Shown: positions 12,498-23,761 of the stretch, piece by piece | How the letters are laid out: the number at the start of each line of letters is the position of its first letter | How positions within the stretch are numbered: the stretch's first letter is position 1 | NCBI RefSeq assembly: GCF_000026545.1 | Contig: NC_011601.1 | DNA length: 64,000 nt | Direction: 5' to 3' (one strand) | Source of the DNA: Escherichia coli O127:H6 str. E2348/69 | Lineage (GTDB): Bacteria > Pseudomonadota > Gammaproteobacteria > Enterobacterales > Enterobacteriaceae | Position numbers and translations under genes: made by a program | The notes under the pieces: model-generated | The model's database searches: none | Told to the model about the DNA's origin: nothing | What the model saw: only the letters and a program-made list of their open reading frames with translations

Positions 12498-13802
12498 ATG
12501 AAATTTCCCGGTAAACGTAAATCCAAACATTACTTCCCCGTAAATGCACGCGATCCGCTGCTTCAGCAATTCCAGCCAGAAAACGAAACCAGCGCCGCCT
12601 GGGTAGTGGGTATCGATCAAACGCTGGTCGATATTGAAGCGAAAGTGGATGATGAATTCATTGAGCGTTATGGATTAAGCGCCGGGCATTCATTGGTGAT
12701 TGAGGATGACGTTGCCGAAGCGCTTTATCAGGAACTAAAACAGAAAAACCTGATTACCCATCAGTTTGCGGGTGGCACCATTGGTAACACCATGCACAAC
12801 TACTCGGTGCTCGCGGACGACCGTTCGGTGCTGCTGGGCGTCATGTGCAGCAATATTGAAATTGGCAGCTATGCCTATCGTTACCTGTGTAACACCTCCA
12901 GCCGTACCGATCTTAACTATCTACAAGGCGTGGATGGCCCAATTGGTCGTTGCTTTACGCTGATTGGCGAGTCCGGGGAACGTACCTTTGCTATCAGCCC
13001 CGGCCACATGAACCAGCTGCGGGCTGAAAGTATTCCGGAAGATGTGATTGCCGGAGCCTCGGCACTGGTTCTCACCTCTTATCTGGTGCGTTGCAAGCCG
13101 GGTGAACCCATGCCGGAAGCAACCATGAAAGCCATTGAGTACGCGAAGAAATATAACGTACCGGTGGTGCTGACGCTGGGCACCAAGTTTGTCATTGCCG
13201 AGAATCCGCAGTGGTGGCAGCAATTCCTCAAAGACCACGTCTCTATCCTTGCGATGAACGAAGATGAAGCCGAAGCGTTGACCGGAGAAAGCGATCCGTT
13301 GTTGGCATCTGACAAGGCGCTGGACTGGGTAGATCTGGTGCTGTGCACCGCCGGGCCAATCGGCTTGTATATGGCAGGCTTTACCGAAGACGAAGCGAAA
13401 CGTAAAACCCAGCATCCGCTGCTGCCGGGTGCTATAGCGGAATTTAACCAGTATGAGTTTAGCCGCGCCATGCGCCACAAGGATTGCCAGAATCCGCTGC
13501 GTGTCTATTCGCACATTGCGCCGTATATGGGCGGGCCGGAAAAAATCATGAACACTAACGGAGCAGGGGATGGCGCACTGGCAGCGTTGCTGCATGACAT
13601 TACCGCCAACAGCTACCACCGTAGCAACGTACCAAACTCCAGCAAACATAAATTCACCTGGTTAACTTATTCATCGTTAGCGCAGGTGTGTAAATATGCT
13701 AACCGTGTGAGCTATCAGGTACTGAACCAGCATTCACCTCGTTTAACGCGCGGCTTGCCGGAGCGTGAAGACAGCCTGGAAGAGTCTTACTGGGATCGTT
13801 AA
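12498..13802 (+). CDS. gsk: Inosine-guanosine kinase, 434 aa
   Basis: ORF track; PfkB-family sugar-kinase motifs (NTNGAGDGALAALL). Confidence 0.9.
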   Translation: MKFPGKRKSKHYFPVNARDPLLQQFQPENETSAAWVVGIDQTLVDIEAKVDDEFIERYGLSAGHSLVIEDDVAEALYQELKQKNLITHQFAGGTIGNTMHNYSVLADDRSVLLGVMCSNIEIGSYAYRYLCNTSSRTDLNYLQGVDGPIGRCFTLIGESGERTFAISPGHMNQLRAESIPEDVIAGASALVLTSYLVRCKPGEPMPEATMKAIEYAKKYNVPVVLTLGTKFVIAENPQWWQQFLKDHVSILAMNEDEAEALTGESDPLLASDKALDWVDLVLCTAGPIGLYMAGFTEDEAKRKTQHPLLPGAIAEFNQYEFSRAMRHKDCQNPLRVYSHIAPYMGGPEKIMNTNGAGDGALAALLHDITANSYHRSNVPNSSKHKFTWLTYSSLAQVCKYANRVSYQVLNQHSPRLTRGLPEREDSLEESYWDR

Positions 13803-13809
13803 GTTATCG

Positions 13810-13925
13810 TCGGTTCGTAGGCCAGATAAGGCGTTCACGCCGCATCTGGCATTTTGCTTTCAATGCCTGATGCGACGCTGGCGCGTCTTATCAGGCCTAC
13901 ATATCCGCGCCTATTATCCGGCAAC
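13810..13925. repeat. REP/BIME elements between gsk and ybaL
   Basis: taggccagataaggcgttcacgccgcatctggca and gcctgatgcgacgctggcgcgtcttatcaggcctac. Confidence 0.7.
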
Positions 13926-13931
13926 CACCGT

Positions 13932-15608
13932 TTACCCCGTCACCACCTCACCCGCCGGTGGCGTTTCCAGCAGTTCCAGCATAGTACGGGCAATTTCACG
14001 CTCACCCATCACTACCTGATTCGCACCACGTTCGGTGATATACGCCACTTCATCGTCATAATGGGCGCGGGCAATAATCTCAATATCCGGATTTTTCGCG
14101 CGGGCAGATGCCACAATCTCGCCCGCTTCATAGCCGTTGGGAATCGTCAGGATCAGCCATTTTGCACATTCCAGATGCGCCAGTTGCATAATTTCTTCGT
14201 TCGCCGCATTGCCCAATACTGCGCGGACCCCGCGCTCGCGCAGCTCATCAACACGGGTTCGTGACGTCTCAATCACCACCAGCGGAATATCAGAGGCGAG
14301 CAATTTCTCCCCCAGCAGGCTGCCTACACGACCGTAACCCACCAGTAGCGCATGGTTGCAAATATCCACTGGGATCTGCTTCTCTTCTTCGATTGCCTCT
14401 TCCAGCGTCTGCTCTTCCAGCGTTTCGGTCTTCGCCAGATATTTCTCCAGTAGTGCGAACAGTACCGGGTTGAGCATAATCGACAGGATCGCCCCTGCCA
14501 GTACCAGGTTTTGTCCGGCCTGCGGCAGTAAATTCAATGCCATTCCTAGTCCCGCCAGGATAAACGCGAACTCACCAATCTGCGCCAGGCTGGCGGCGAT
14601 GGTTAACGCCGTGCGCTGGGAGTGACCAAACAAACGCACAAGGAACAGGGCCGCGACCGATTTACCAAACAGAATAATTGCCAGCGTCGCCAGTACTGCC
14701 AGCGGTTGCTGAATCAGAATTAACGGATCAAACAACATCCCGACGGAGACAAAAAACAGCACCGCAAACGCGTCGCGCAATGGCAGTGTATCGTGGGCGG
14801 CACGGTGACTCAGTTCAGACTCGTTCAGTACCATCCCGGCAAAGAACGCACCGAGTGCAAAGGAGACATCAAACAGCTCTACCGCACCAAAGGCAATCCC
14901 TAACGCCAGCGCCAGCACCGACAGGGTAAACAGCTCGCGGGAACCGGTTGCTGCGCTGCGTGCCATAATCCACGGCACCAGACGGCGACCTACCAGCATC
15001 ATAATGGCGATAAATGCGATCACCTTGCCGATGGTGATCCCCATATCGACTGCAAGAGTGGCAAAGCCCACATCGCCCTGTTCCATCATTCCTGCTACCG
15101 CGGGTAGCAATACCAGCGTCAGGACCATCACCAGGTCTTCCACAATCAACCAACCGATGGCGATTTGCCCACGCTGACTGTCAATTAATTGCCGTTCTTC
15201 AAGTGCGCGCAGTAACACCACGGTACTGGCGGTGGAAAGACATAAGCCGAACACGATACCGGTCATTAACGACCAGCCCAGCACGGCGGAGAGCGCCATA
15301 CCCAGCAGCGTCGCCACGGCTATCTGGGCGATCGCGCCGGGAATGGCGATGGACTTTACCGCCATCAAATCCTTGAGCGAAAAATGCAAACCGACGCCGA
15401 ACATCAGCAAAATAACGCCCAGTTCAGCCAGTTCCGGCGCAAGCTTGGTATCGGCAACAAAGCCCGGAGTGAATGGTCCTGCCAGCACACCCGCTAACAG
15501 ATATCCCACCAGAGGAGAAATACGTAGTTTATTGGCCAGCATGCCGAGGATAAAGGCGAGCACAAGGCCGCCAACAATGGTGGTGATAAGCGGGGTGGTG
15601 TGATGCAT
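13932..15608 (-). CDS. ybaL: CPA2-family cation:proton antiporter YbaL (KefB-like, C-terminal TrkA-N/RCK domain), 558 aa
   Basis: ORF track; multi-pass N-terminus plus Rossmann-like GYGRVG motif. Confidence 0.85.
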   Translation of the reverse strand: MHHTTPLITTIVGGLVLAFILGMLANKLRISPLVGYLLAGVLAGPFTPGFVADTKLAPELAELGVILLMFGVGLHFSLKDLMAVKSIAIPGAIAQIAVATLLGMALSAVLGWSLMTGIVFGLCLSTASTVVLLRALEERQLIDSQRGQIAIGWLIVEDLVMVLTLVLLPAVAGMMEQGDVGFATLAVDMGITIGKVIAFIAIMMLVGRRLVPWIMARSAATGSRELFTLSVLALALGIAFGAVELFDVSFALGAFFAGMVLNESELSHRAAHDTLPLRDAFAVLFFVSVGMLFDPLILIQQPLAVLATLAIILFGKSVAALFLVRLFGHSQRTALTIAASLAQIGEFAFILAGLGMALNLLPQAGQNLVLAGAILSIMLNPVLFALLEKYLAKTETLEEQTLEEAIEEEKQIPVDICNHALLVGYGRVGSLLGEKLLASDIPLVVIETSRTRVDELRERGVRAVLGNAANEEIMQLAHLECAKWLILTIPNGYEAGEIVASARAKNPDIEIIARAHYDDEVAYITERGANQVVMGEREIARTMLELLETPPAGEVVTG

Positions 15609-15846
15609 TCCGTCTCCTTTTCCTGGTGGTTATTGTCCATTTTTGGCCGGGAAAACCAAAATTACAGGTAATAGTTTATGACAATTTCATTGATGATGTT
15701 TATGAATAATTGTTGAATTTTGCAGAAAAATGGAATTAGCTGCAAAAAAAAGCACGGATCGGAAAACAGAAGGCGGTTTAACAGAGGAAAGGCTTATGGC
15801 GACTGTAAAACGATGCAGCCAAAGTTTGCCTTTGGCTGCAATGAAA

Positions 15847-17067
15847 TCAGTCTTTATGCCGGTTATCAGGCAGGAATATGGTCAACATCCCCAATAGTGG
15901 CAGGAAAGCACAGATTTTATAGACTAACTCTATGCTGGTGTGGTCGGCGATAAGCCCCAGAACTGCCGCCCCCAGACCTCCCATGCCGAAAGCAAAACCG
16001 AAAAATAGTCCAGAAACCATACCGATACGTCCCGGAAGCAGCTCCTGGGCATAGACCAGAATGGCAGAGAATGCCGAAGCGAGGATAAATCCAATAATCA
16101 CCGTTAAAACCCCCGTCCAGTGCAGGCTGGCGTAGGGTAAAATCAGCGTAAACGGCGCAACGCCGAGGATAGAGCCCCAAATCACATATTTCCGTCCAAT
16201 TTTATCCCCTACAGGCCCGCCAATCACCGTACCTGCCGCAACGGCAAACAGGAAGGCAAACAAATGAAGCTGAGCATTCTGGATAGATAATCCGAATTTT
16301 TGCATCAGATAAAAGGTGTAATAGCTGCTGATGCTCGCCATATAGAAATATTTCGAGAAAATGAGGATTAACAGAATGCTGACCGCCAGAACAACTTTAT
16401 TGCGCGGCAGTGGATTGATAATCGTCGCTTTGGGTTTTCCTTTATTCATTCGGTGCTGTGCCGAGTACCAACGGCTGATTTGCGCCAACACCACGATCGC
16501 CAGCAGTGCCGCAAGCACAAACCAGGCAACGTTGCCTTTGCCATAAGGCGCGATAATCACCGCCGCCAGCAAGGGGCCCAGGGAACTGCCAAAGTTGCCG
16601 CCGACCTGAAATATAGATTGCGCCAGGCCATGACGCCCGCCGGAAGCCATACGGGCCACGCGAGAAGATTCCGGATGAAAGACCGATGAACCGGTACCGA
16701 CCAGCGCCGCTGCCAGCAGAACTGCGCCAAAACTGCCCGCCAGCGCCAGCAGCACCAGACCACTTAAGGTAAAACACATGCCAATCGGCAACGACCACGG
16801 CATCGGATATTTATCGGTCCAGTAGCCGACCACCGGTTGCAGTAGCGAAGAGGCGAGCTGGAAGGTGAGGGTTATCATGCCAATCTGCATAAATGTCAGA
16901 GAAAATTCTGACTGAAGCAGTGGATAAATCGCCAGAATCAGCGATTGGATCATGTCGTTCAGCAGATGTGAGAGGCTGATAGCACCTAAAATACCAAACG
17001 ATGTTCGGGCCTTAGTCGTTGACGCAGCCGCGCCCGCCACAGGCTGGGTTTGTTCACTCATTGCCAT
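15847..17067 (-). CDS. fsr: MFS transporter Fsr (fosmidomycin resistance), 406 aa
   Basis: ORF track; 12-helix MFS-like hydrophobicity; conserved position. Confidence 0.85.
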   Translation of the reverse strand: MAMSEQTQPVAGAAASTTKARTSFGILGAISLSHLLNDMIQSLILAIYPLLQSEFSLTFMQIGMITLTFQLASSLLQPVVGYWTDKYPMPWSLPIGMCFTLSGLVLLALAGSFGAVLLAAALVGTGSSVFHPESSRVARMASGGRHGLAQSIFQVGGNFGSSLGPLLAAVIIAPYGKGNVAWFVLAALLAIVVLAQISRWYSAQHRMNKGKPKATIINPLPRNKVVLAVSILLILIFSKYFYMASISSYYTFYLMQKFGLSIQNAQLHLFAFLFAVAAGTVIGGPVGDKIGRKYVIWGSILGVAPFTLILPYASLHWTGVLTVIIGFILASAFSAILVYAQELLPGRIGMVSGLFFGFAFGMGGLGAAVLGLIADHTSIELVYKICAFLPLLGMLTIFLPDNRHKD

Positions 17068-17284
17068 AGGAAAGTCACTTTTTCAGGGTTGCGATGTAAA
17101 GAATGATCTTATTTGTGATTATTACCCGACTAACATACCTGTATGCGCCGCCTGAAGGAAGTCTCAACGCGGAATACAGAATTTCTAATCTGGATGCAGA
17201 TTTATCTTCACCGGACGCAGACTTGTTTATGATGTCGCGTCATACTATTTTTCAACACGTTGAAATCAGGTCAGGGAGAGAAGT

Positions 17285-18937
17285 ATGAAATTATTGCAGC
17301 GGGGCGTGGCGTTAGCACTGTTAACCACATTTACACTGGCGAGTGAAACTGCTCTGGCGTACGAGCAGGATAAAACCTACAAAATTACAGTTCTGCACAC
17401 CAATGATCATCATGGGCATTTTTGGCGCAATGAATATGGTGAATATGGTCTGGCGGCGCAAAAAACGCTGGTGGATGGTATCCGCAAAGAGGTTGCGGCT
17501 GAAGGCGGTAGCGTGCTGCTACTTTCCGGTGGCGACATTAACACTGGCGTGCCCGAGTCCGACTTACAGGATGCCGAACCTGATTTTCGCGGTATGAATC
17601 TGGTGGGCTATGACGCGATGGCGATCGGTAATCATGAATTTGATAACCCGCTCACCGTATTACGCCAGCAGGAAAAGTGGGCTAAGTTCCCGTTGCTTTC
17701 CGCCAATATCTACCAGAAAAGTACCGGCGAGCGCCTGTTTAAACCATGGGCGCTGTTTAAGCGTCAGGATCTGAAAATTGCCGTTATTGGCCTGACGACG
17801 GATGACACAGCCAAAATTGGTAATCCGGAATATTTCACTGATATCGAATTTCGTAAGCCCGCTGATGAAGCGAAGCTGGTGATTCAGGAGCTGCAACAGA
17901 CAGAAAAGCCAGACATTATTATCGCGGCGACCCATATGGGGCATTACGACAATGGTGAGCACGGCTCTAACGCACCGGGCGATGTGGAGATGGCACGCGC
18001 GCTGCCTGCCGGATCGCTGGCGATGATCGTCGGTGGTCACTCGCAAGATCCGGTCTGTATGGCGGCAGAAAACAAAAAACAGGTCGATTACGTGCCGGGT
18101 ACGCCATGCAAACCGGATCAACAAAACGGCATCTGGATTGTGCAGGCGCATGAGTGGGGCAAATACGTGGGACGGGCTGATTTTGAGTTTCGTAATGGCG
18201 AAATGAAAATGGTTAACTACCAGCTGATTCCGGTGAACCTGAAGAAGAAAGTGACCTGGGAAGACGGGAAAAGCGAGCGCGTGCTGTACACCCCTGAAAT
18301 CGCTGAAAACCAGCAAATGATCTCGCTGTTATCACCGTTCCAGAACAAAGGCAAAGCGCAGCTGGAAGTGAAAATAGGCGAAACCAATGGTCGTCTGGAA
18401 GGCGATCGTGACAAAGTGCGTTTTGTACAGACCAATATGGGGCGGTTGATTCTGGCAGCACAAATGGATCGCACTGGTGCCGACTTTGCGGTGATGAGCG
18501 GAGGCGGAATTCGTGATTCTATCGAAGCAGGTGATATCAGCTATAAAAACGTACTGAAAGTGCAGCCATTCGGCAATGTGGTGGTGTATGCCGACATGAC
18601 CGGTAAAGAGGTGATTGATTACCTGACCGCCGTCGCACAAATGAAGCCAGATTCAGGTGCCTACCCGCAATTTGCCAACGTTAGCTTTGTGGCGAAAGAC
18701 GGCAAACTGGACGACCTTAAAATCAAAGGCGAACCGGTCGATCCGGCGAAAACTTATCGTATGGCGACATTAAACTTCAATGCCACCGGCGGTGATGGCT
18801 ATCCGCGCCTTGATAACAAACCGGGCTATGTGAATACCGGCTTTATTGATGCCGAAGTGCTGAAAGCGTATATCCAGAAAAGCTCGCCGCTGGATGTGAG
18901 TGTTTATGAACCGAAAGGTGAGGTGAGCTGGCAGTAA
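17285..18937 (+). CDS. ushA: Periplasmic UDP-sugar hydrolase / 5'-nucleotidase, 550 aa
   Basis: ORF track; signal peptide; metallophosphatase motifs (VLHTNDHHG, GNHEFD). Confidence 0.9.
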   Translation: MKLLQRGVALALLTTFTLASETALAYEQDKTYKITVLHTNDHHGHFWRNEYGEYGLAAQKTLVDGIRKEVAAEGGSVLLLSGGDINTGVPESDLQDAEPDFRGMNLVGYDAMAIGNHEFDNPLTVLRQQEKWAKFPLLSANIYQKSTGERLFKPWALFKRQDLKIAVIGLTTDDTAKIGNPEYFTDIEFRKPADEAKLVIQELQQTEKPDIIIAATHMGHYDNGEHGSNAPGDVEMARALPAGSLAMIVGGHSQDPVCMAAENKKQVDYVPGTPCKPDQQNGIWIVQAHEWGKYVGRADFEFRNGEMKMVNYQLIPVNLKKKVTWEDGKSERVLYTPEIAENQQMISLLSPFQNKGKAQLEVKIGETNGRLEGDRDKVRFVQTNMGRLILAAQMDRTGADFAVMSGGGIRDSIEAGDISYKNVLKVQPFGNVVVYADMTGKEVIDYLTAVAQMKPDSGAYPQFANVSFVAKDGKLDDLKIKGEPVDPAKTYRMATLNFNATGGDGYPRLDNKPGYVNTGFIDAEVLKAYIQKSSPLDVSVYEPKGEVSWQ

Positions 18938-18973
18938 TCCGAAAGTGCCGGATATTTGCATCCGGCACAATGC

Positions 18974-19468
<495 letters not shown>

Positions 19469-19573
19469 TTAAACAAAAAACGAAGCAAGCATACGCCTGA
19501 TGGCGGTCCCAAAAAAAGAGTCATCTTGCCTAAGAGTATTGGCAGGATGGTGAGATTGAGCGACAATCGACTT

Positions 19574-19656
19574 ACACCGTCGCTTAAAGTGACGGCATAA
19601 TAATAAAAATATGAAATTCCTCTTTGACGGGCCAATAGCGATATTGGCCATTTTTT
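19574..19656 (+). ncRNA. chiX: ChiX (MicM/SroB) Hfq-dependent small RNA
   Basis: acaccgtcgcttaaagtgacggcataataataaaaatatgaaattcctctttgacgggccaatagcgatattggccattttttt in the ybaK-ybaP intergenic region, ending in a hairpin plus T-run; matches ChiX as I recall it; coordinates approximate. Confidence 0.65.
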
Positions 19657-20450
19657 TAGCGCAACATCTGCGGCAAATTCCCTTCTCCATACAGATGTAA
19701 AGCACCGACCGCGACCACATAGCGCCCCGGCGGCATGTCGCGTAATTTGTCCCGCCAGGCGAGATTTCGCTGATGCATCAGCACATCGTACAGCGACTGA
19801 CTGAATGTATTGGGCAGCGTTATTTCATTATTTTGCGGCGGCGCATTCAGCCACCAGCCCATCATTTGTTGCAGCAACCGTGCATTGGTGTGCCAGTGGG
19901 TCAGCGTATCGTCCAGCAGCGCCAGTCCTTTGTCAGGGAGCTGGAGCAACATGGCAATCTGTTTTTCTGCGCCTTCCAGTTCAATTACAGGTTTATGTTG
20001 TTGCTTCGCCGCCTGCAATAGCTGGTAATCGATACCATATTCTGCCCGCAGCCCCAGTTTTTGCGCCTGCGTCGCCTGAAGAACCATCGCGATTTGCCAC
20101 AACGGTTGAGTAGAAAAGAGTGACGGAGAAATGCCCATCTCCTGGCTAATGTGCTGCAGGTTTTGGAGTTGCTCCTCGCTAATGCGCTCTTCCAGTGCCT
20201 CGCAGGCAGGCAAATTGGCAAAAGGCGTATCGCTGGTGGAAACATCCGCCTCGACGATCAGCGCATCGGCGTTTTTGAGCTTTTTGAGCAAACGGGTGGG
20301 CAGGGGAGCCATATCGTGGCTACCCATATGAATACTGCCGATCAGATGAAAATGGCGATTGCCGGGAAGAGAGATATCGATAGCAGGCCAGGTGTAATGA
20401 TTACCGCGCAGCGCGGCCCAAAGCGTTTTTACCCGGTACAACAGATCCAT
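19656..20450 (-). CDS. ybaP: TraB/GumN-family protein YbaP, 264 aa
   Basis: ORF track; conserved position. Confidence 0.8.
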   Translation of the reverse strand: MDLLYRVKTLWAALRGNHYTWPAIDISLPGNRHFHLIGSIHMGSHDMAPLPTRLLKKLKNADALIVEADVSTSDTPFANLPACEALEERISEEQLQNLQHISQEMGISPSLFSTQPLWQIAMVLQATQAQKLGLRAEYGIDYQLLQAAKQQHKPVIELEGAEKQIAMLLQLPDKGLALLDDTLTHWHTNARLLQQMMGWWLNAPPQNNEITLPNTFSQSLYDVLMHQRNLAWRDKLRDMPPGRYVVAVGALHLYGEGNLPQMLR

Positions 20451-20595
20451 ACGACCTCCCTTTGTGAAATATCATGCTAGCGCGCGGGGAGGGATGGCGC
20501 AAATCGCAAATGGAGTTGGGGACTTGTTTGATGTGTTTGTATGCTTCAGTATGTTCCTGTATCGCTATTTCACAAGGAAGCAACAGTTAAAAACC

Positions 20596-20937
20596 ATGAA
20601 ACAGGCAACAAGAAAACCGACGACACCTGGAGATATTCTTCTCTATGAATATCTGGAACCGCTCGATTTGAAAATCAATGAGTTAGCAGAGTTGCTGCAT
20701 GTTCATCGTAATAGCGTCAGTGCACTGATCAATAATAATCGTAAACTCACCACTGAAATGGCATTCCGTCTGGCGAAAGTTTTTGATACCACAGTCGATT
20801 TTTGGCTAAACCTCCAGGCGGCAGTTGATCTTTGGGAAGTTGAAAACAACATGCGTACCCAGGAAGAATTGGGACGGATTGAAACAGTGGCTGAATATTT
20901 GGCACGCCGTGAAGAGCGTGCAAAAAAGGTCGCGTAG
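20596..20937 (+). CDS. ybaQ: HTH (XRE/HigA-like) DNA-binding protein YbaQ, 113 aa
   Basis: ORF 20464..20937 trimmed to internal ATG (MKQATRKPTTPGDIL...). Confidence 0.75.
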   Translation: MKQATRKPTTPGDILLYEYLEPLDLKINELAELLHVHRNSVSALINNNRKLTTEMAFRLAKVFDTTVDFWLNLQAAVDLWEVENNMRTQEELGRIETVAEYLARREERAKKVA

Positions 20938-20994
20938 AATAATTTCCCTATAACGGATGCGCCACCCTAAAGCAGTGCATCCGTAATGATGTAA

Positions 20995-23499
20995 TTATTC
21001 CTTTGGTTTAAACCGCAGCAACCGGTTGGCGTTACTCACTACGGTAATCGACGAGAGCGCCATTGCCGCTCCGGCAACCACCGGGTTAAGCAGTGTTCCA
21101 GTGAACGGCCACAAAATACCGGCGGCGACCGGAATACCAATGCTGTTGTAGATAAACGCGCCGAGCAGGTTCTGCTTCATATTGCGCAGCGTTGCGCGGG
21201 AAATCGCGAGCGCATCTGCAACACCCATCAGGCTATGGCGCATCAGGGTAATCGCCGCGGTTTCAATGGCAACATCACTGCCGCCACCCATTGCAATGCC
21301 GACATCCGCCTGAGCCAGCGCTGGCGCGTCGTTAATGCCATCGCCCACCATTGCCACCTGACGTCCTTCACTTTGCAGACGTTTGATCGCTTCGGCTTTA
21401 CCGTCCGGCAGCACCCCGGCTATCACCTCATCAATCCCTGCTTCTTTGGCGATCGCATTGGCGGTGGTCGGGTTATCCCCGGTTAGCATCACCAGGCGAT
21501 ATCCCGCTTTATGCAGGCGTTGCAGCGCCGCCACGCTATCACTACGCAACGGATCGCGTACAGCCAGCAGGGCTACCGCTTTCCCGTCAACCGCCAGCAG
21601 CACAGGCGTTGCCCCTTGCGATGCCTGAGCTGAAATATCTGCTTCAATTGCTTTGGTATTGACCTGTTGGTCATTTAACAACGCCTGATTGCCCAGCAAT
21701 AACGCATGACCTTCAGCTTCACCGCTCACGCCCAGCCCGCGCAATGTGCGGAAACCGTTGACCTGCGGTAGCTGCATATCGCTTGCTTTATCGAGGATAG
21801 CCCGTGCCAGCGGGTGGCTGGAACCTTGCTCCAGCGCTGCCGCCAGACGCAATGCTTGCGCTTCATCAATATCAGCAAATGTTTTTACTGCGACAACCTG
21901 CGGCTTCCCTTCGGTCAGCGTCCCGGTTTTATCGAACACTACGGTGTCGAGCGTACTGGCGCGTTGCAGCGCGTCGGCGTCCCGTACCAGCACGCCAAAC
22001 TCAGCCGCCCGCCCGACGCCCGAAATAATCGACATCGGCGTCGCCAGCCCCAGCGCACACGGACAGGCAATAATCAGCACCGTGGTGGCAATCACCAGGG
22101 TATAGACAATCTGCGGTGCCGGACCAAAGAAATACCAGATTGCCGCACTGATCAGCGCAATCACCACCACTACCGGCACAAATACGGCTGAGATTTTATC
22201 CGCCAGCTGACCGATTTCTGGCTTACTGCTCTGGGCCTGGCGCACCATACGAATAATCCGCGACAGCGTAGTATGGCTGCCAACCGCACTGGCGCGAAAC
22301 AACACGCTACCGTCCTGCACCACTGTCCCGGCATGGACGCTATCGCCTTCGCCTTTTTGCTGCGGTATAGGTTCGCCCGTCAGCATCGCTTCATCCAGCC
22401 ACGCTTCGCCCTGGGTGATCTCACCATCTACCGGTACGCGATCGCCGGTCGTCAGGCGCAGCAACATACCTGGCTGCACTTCCGCCAGCGGCACGCTTTT
22501 TTCACCTTCGTCAGTAACCAGGCGCGCCGTCGGCGGAGTTAAATCGAGTAATTTCTCCAGCGCCTTTGAAGAACGCTGACGTGCGCGCGCTTCCAGCATA
22601 TGACCGAGATTAATCAGACCGATAATCATCGCACTGGCTTCATAGTAAAGATGCCGCGCTTCCATCGGGAACCACTGCGGCCACAGGTTAACGCTCATCG
22701 AATAGAGCCACGCCACACCAGTACCCAGCGCCACCAGCGTATCCATCGTCGCTGCACCGTTCAGCAGGCTTTTCCATGCACTACGGTAAAAATGGCCGCC
22801 GGCGAAAACCATCACTGCCAGGGTTATCAGGCCGATAACCAACCACAGGCTGCGGTTGTCAGCGGTGACCATCATGTTATCGCCGATCATCCCCCAGACC
22901 ATCACCGGGATACCCACCGCCAGTGCGACAATCGCCTGCCAGCGGAAGCGCTTCATCGTAGCGACGGCGGTTTCTTGCTGGCGCTCGCGGCGTTTAGCGT
23001 CATCTTCAATCGCTTCCGCGCCGTAGCCCGCTTTTTCCACCGCCTGCACTAAATCTTGTGGGGAGGCACTGCCCATCACCAGCGCAGTACGCTCCGCCAG
23101 GTTTACCCGTGCCTGAGTGACGCCCGGTACGCTTTGCAGCGCATTTTGTACGCGGGTGACACAGCTGGCGCAGCTCATGCCGCTCAGCAGCAACTGCTGG
23201 CTGTCATCATCATCGGCGGTCGCTGCCGGAAGCGCCTCAGAAACCGCTGTCAGTGCTTCCGACGGGATTGATGACTCCGCCAGCGGTTTAGCCTTTGGGT
23301 GGCTTACAGATGCGTCATAACCCGCTTGTTTGATGGTTTCGATCAGCTGTTCTGCACTGGCAGTCCCGGTAACGTGCGCTTCAGTGACAGACACATCCGC
23401 CTGCTCAACATCCGGGCGCTGTTCGAGACTTTCTTTCACGCGTTTAACGCAGTGACCGCAGGACAGGCCGTCCAGGGTCAGGTCGATAGTTTGTGACAT
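20995..23499 (-). CDS. copA: Cu(I)-exporting P1B-type ATPase CopA, 834 aa
   Basis: ORF track; two N-terminal GxxCxxC metal-binding domains, CPC, DKTGT and GDGxND motifs. Confidence 0.95.
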   Translation of the reverse strand: MSQTIDLTLDGLSCGHCVKRVKESLEQRPDVEQADVSVTEAHVTGTASAEQLIETIKQAGYDASVSHPKAKPLAESSIPSEALTAVSEALPAATADDDDSQQLLLSGMSCASCVTRVQNALQSVPGVTQARVNLAERTALVMGSASPQDLVQAVEKAGYGAEAIEDDAKRRERQQETAVATMKRFRWQAIVALAVGIPVMVWGMIGDNMMVTADNRSLWLVIGLITLAVMVFAGGHFYRSAWKSLLNGAATMDTLVALGTGVAWLYSMSVNLWPQWFPMEARHLYYEASAMIIGLINLGHMLEARARQRSSKALEKLLDLTPPTARLVTDEGEKSVPLAEVQPGMLLRLTTGDRVPVDGEITQGEAWLDEAMLTGEPIPQQKGEGDSVHAGTVVQDGSVLFRASAVGSHTTLSRIIRMVRQAQSSKPEIGQLADKISAVFVPVVVVIALISAAIWYFFGPAPQIVYTLVIATTVLIIACPCALGLATPMSIISGVGRAAEFGVLVRDADALQRASTLDTVVFDKTGTLTEGKPQVVAVKTFADIDEAQALRLAAALEQGSSHPLARAILDKASDMQLPQVNGFRTLRGLGVSGEAEGHALLLGNQALLNDQQVNTKAIEADISAQASQGATPVLLAVDGKAVALLAVRDPLRSDSVAALQRLHKAGYRLVMLTGDNPTTANAIAKEAGIDEVIAGVLPDGKAEAIKRLQSEGRQVAMVGDGINDAPALAQADVGIAMGGGSDVAIETAAITLMRHSLMGVADALAISRATLRNMKQNLLGAFIYNSIGIPVAAGILWPFTGTLLNPVVAGAAMALSSITVVSNANRLLRFKPKE

Positions 23500-23547
23500 A
23501 AAACACTCCTTTTAAGACAGTTTTGACTGGCTGTGATAAAGGTTAAA

Positions 23548-23570
23548 CCTTCCAGCAAGGGGAAGGTCAA
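23548..23570 (-). promoter_or_regulatory. CueR (MerR-type) operator within the copA promoter
   Basis: Inverted repeat ccttccagcaaggggaagg next to a TTGACC -35 element on the copA strand, consistent with a 19-bp-spacer MerR-type promoter. Confidence 0.65.
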
Positions 23571-23761
23571 GAAATTAATAAACCAGGCGGGTAAAAGTCC
23601 GTAAAGATTAAAAAATCGGCTCGATTTGCATCAGGATTAGACATTTATCTCTTTGTTTTCCTGTGGTTAAGTTGCGGGTGCTAAGTTAAATCAGGATGCC
23701 TGAAAATCGGCACCGGGGTGAGGAATTACCTCCCGCATCTATAAAAAGGAGTTAACAAAAG

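Noticed and set aside
20995-23499. Many ORFs of 60-150 aa on the strand opposite copA or in its other frames (for example 21814..22191, 22600..23052)
   Set aside because: Shadow ORFs inside a long, well-supported gene; they have Arg/Pro/Ala-rich compositions typical of antisense translation of GC-rich coding sequence.
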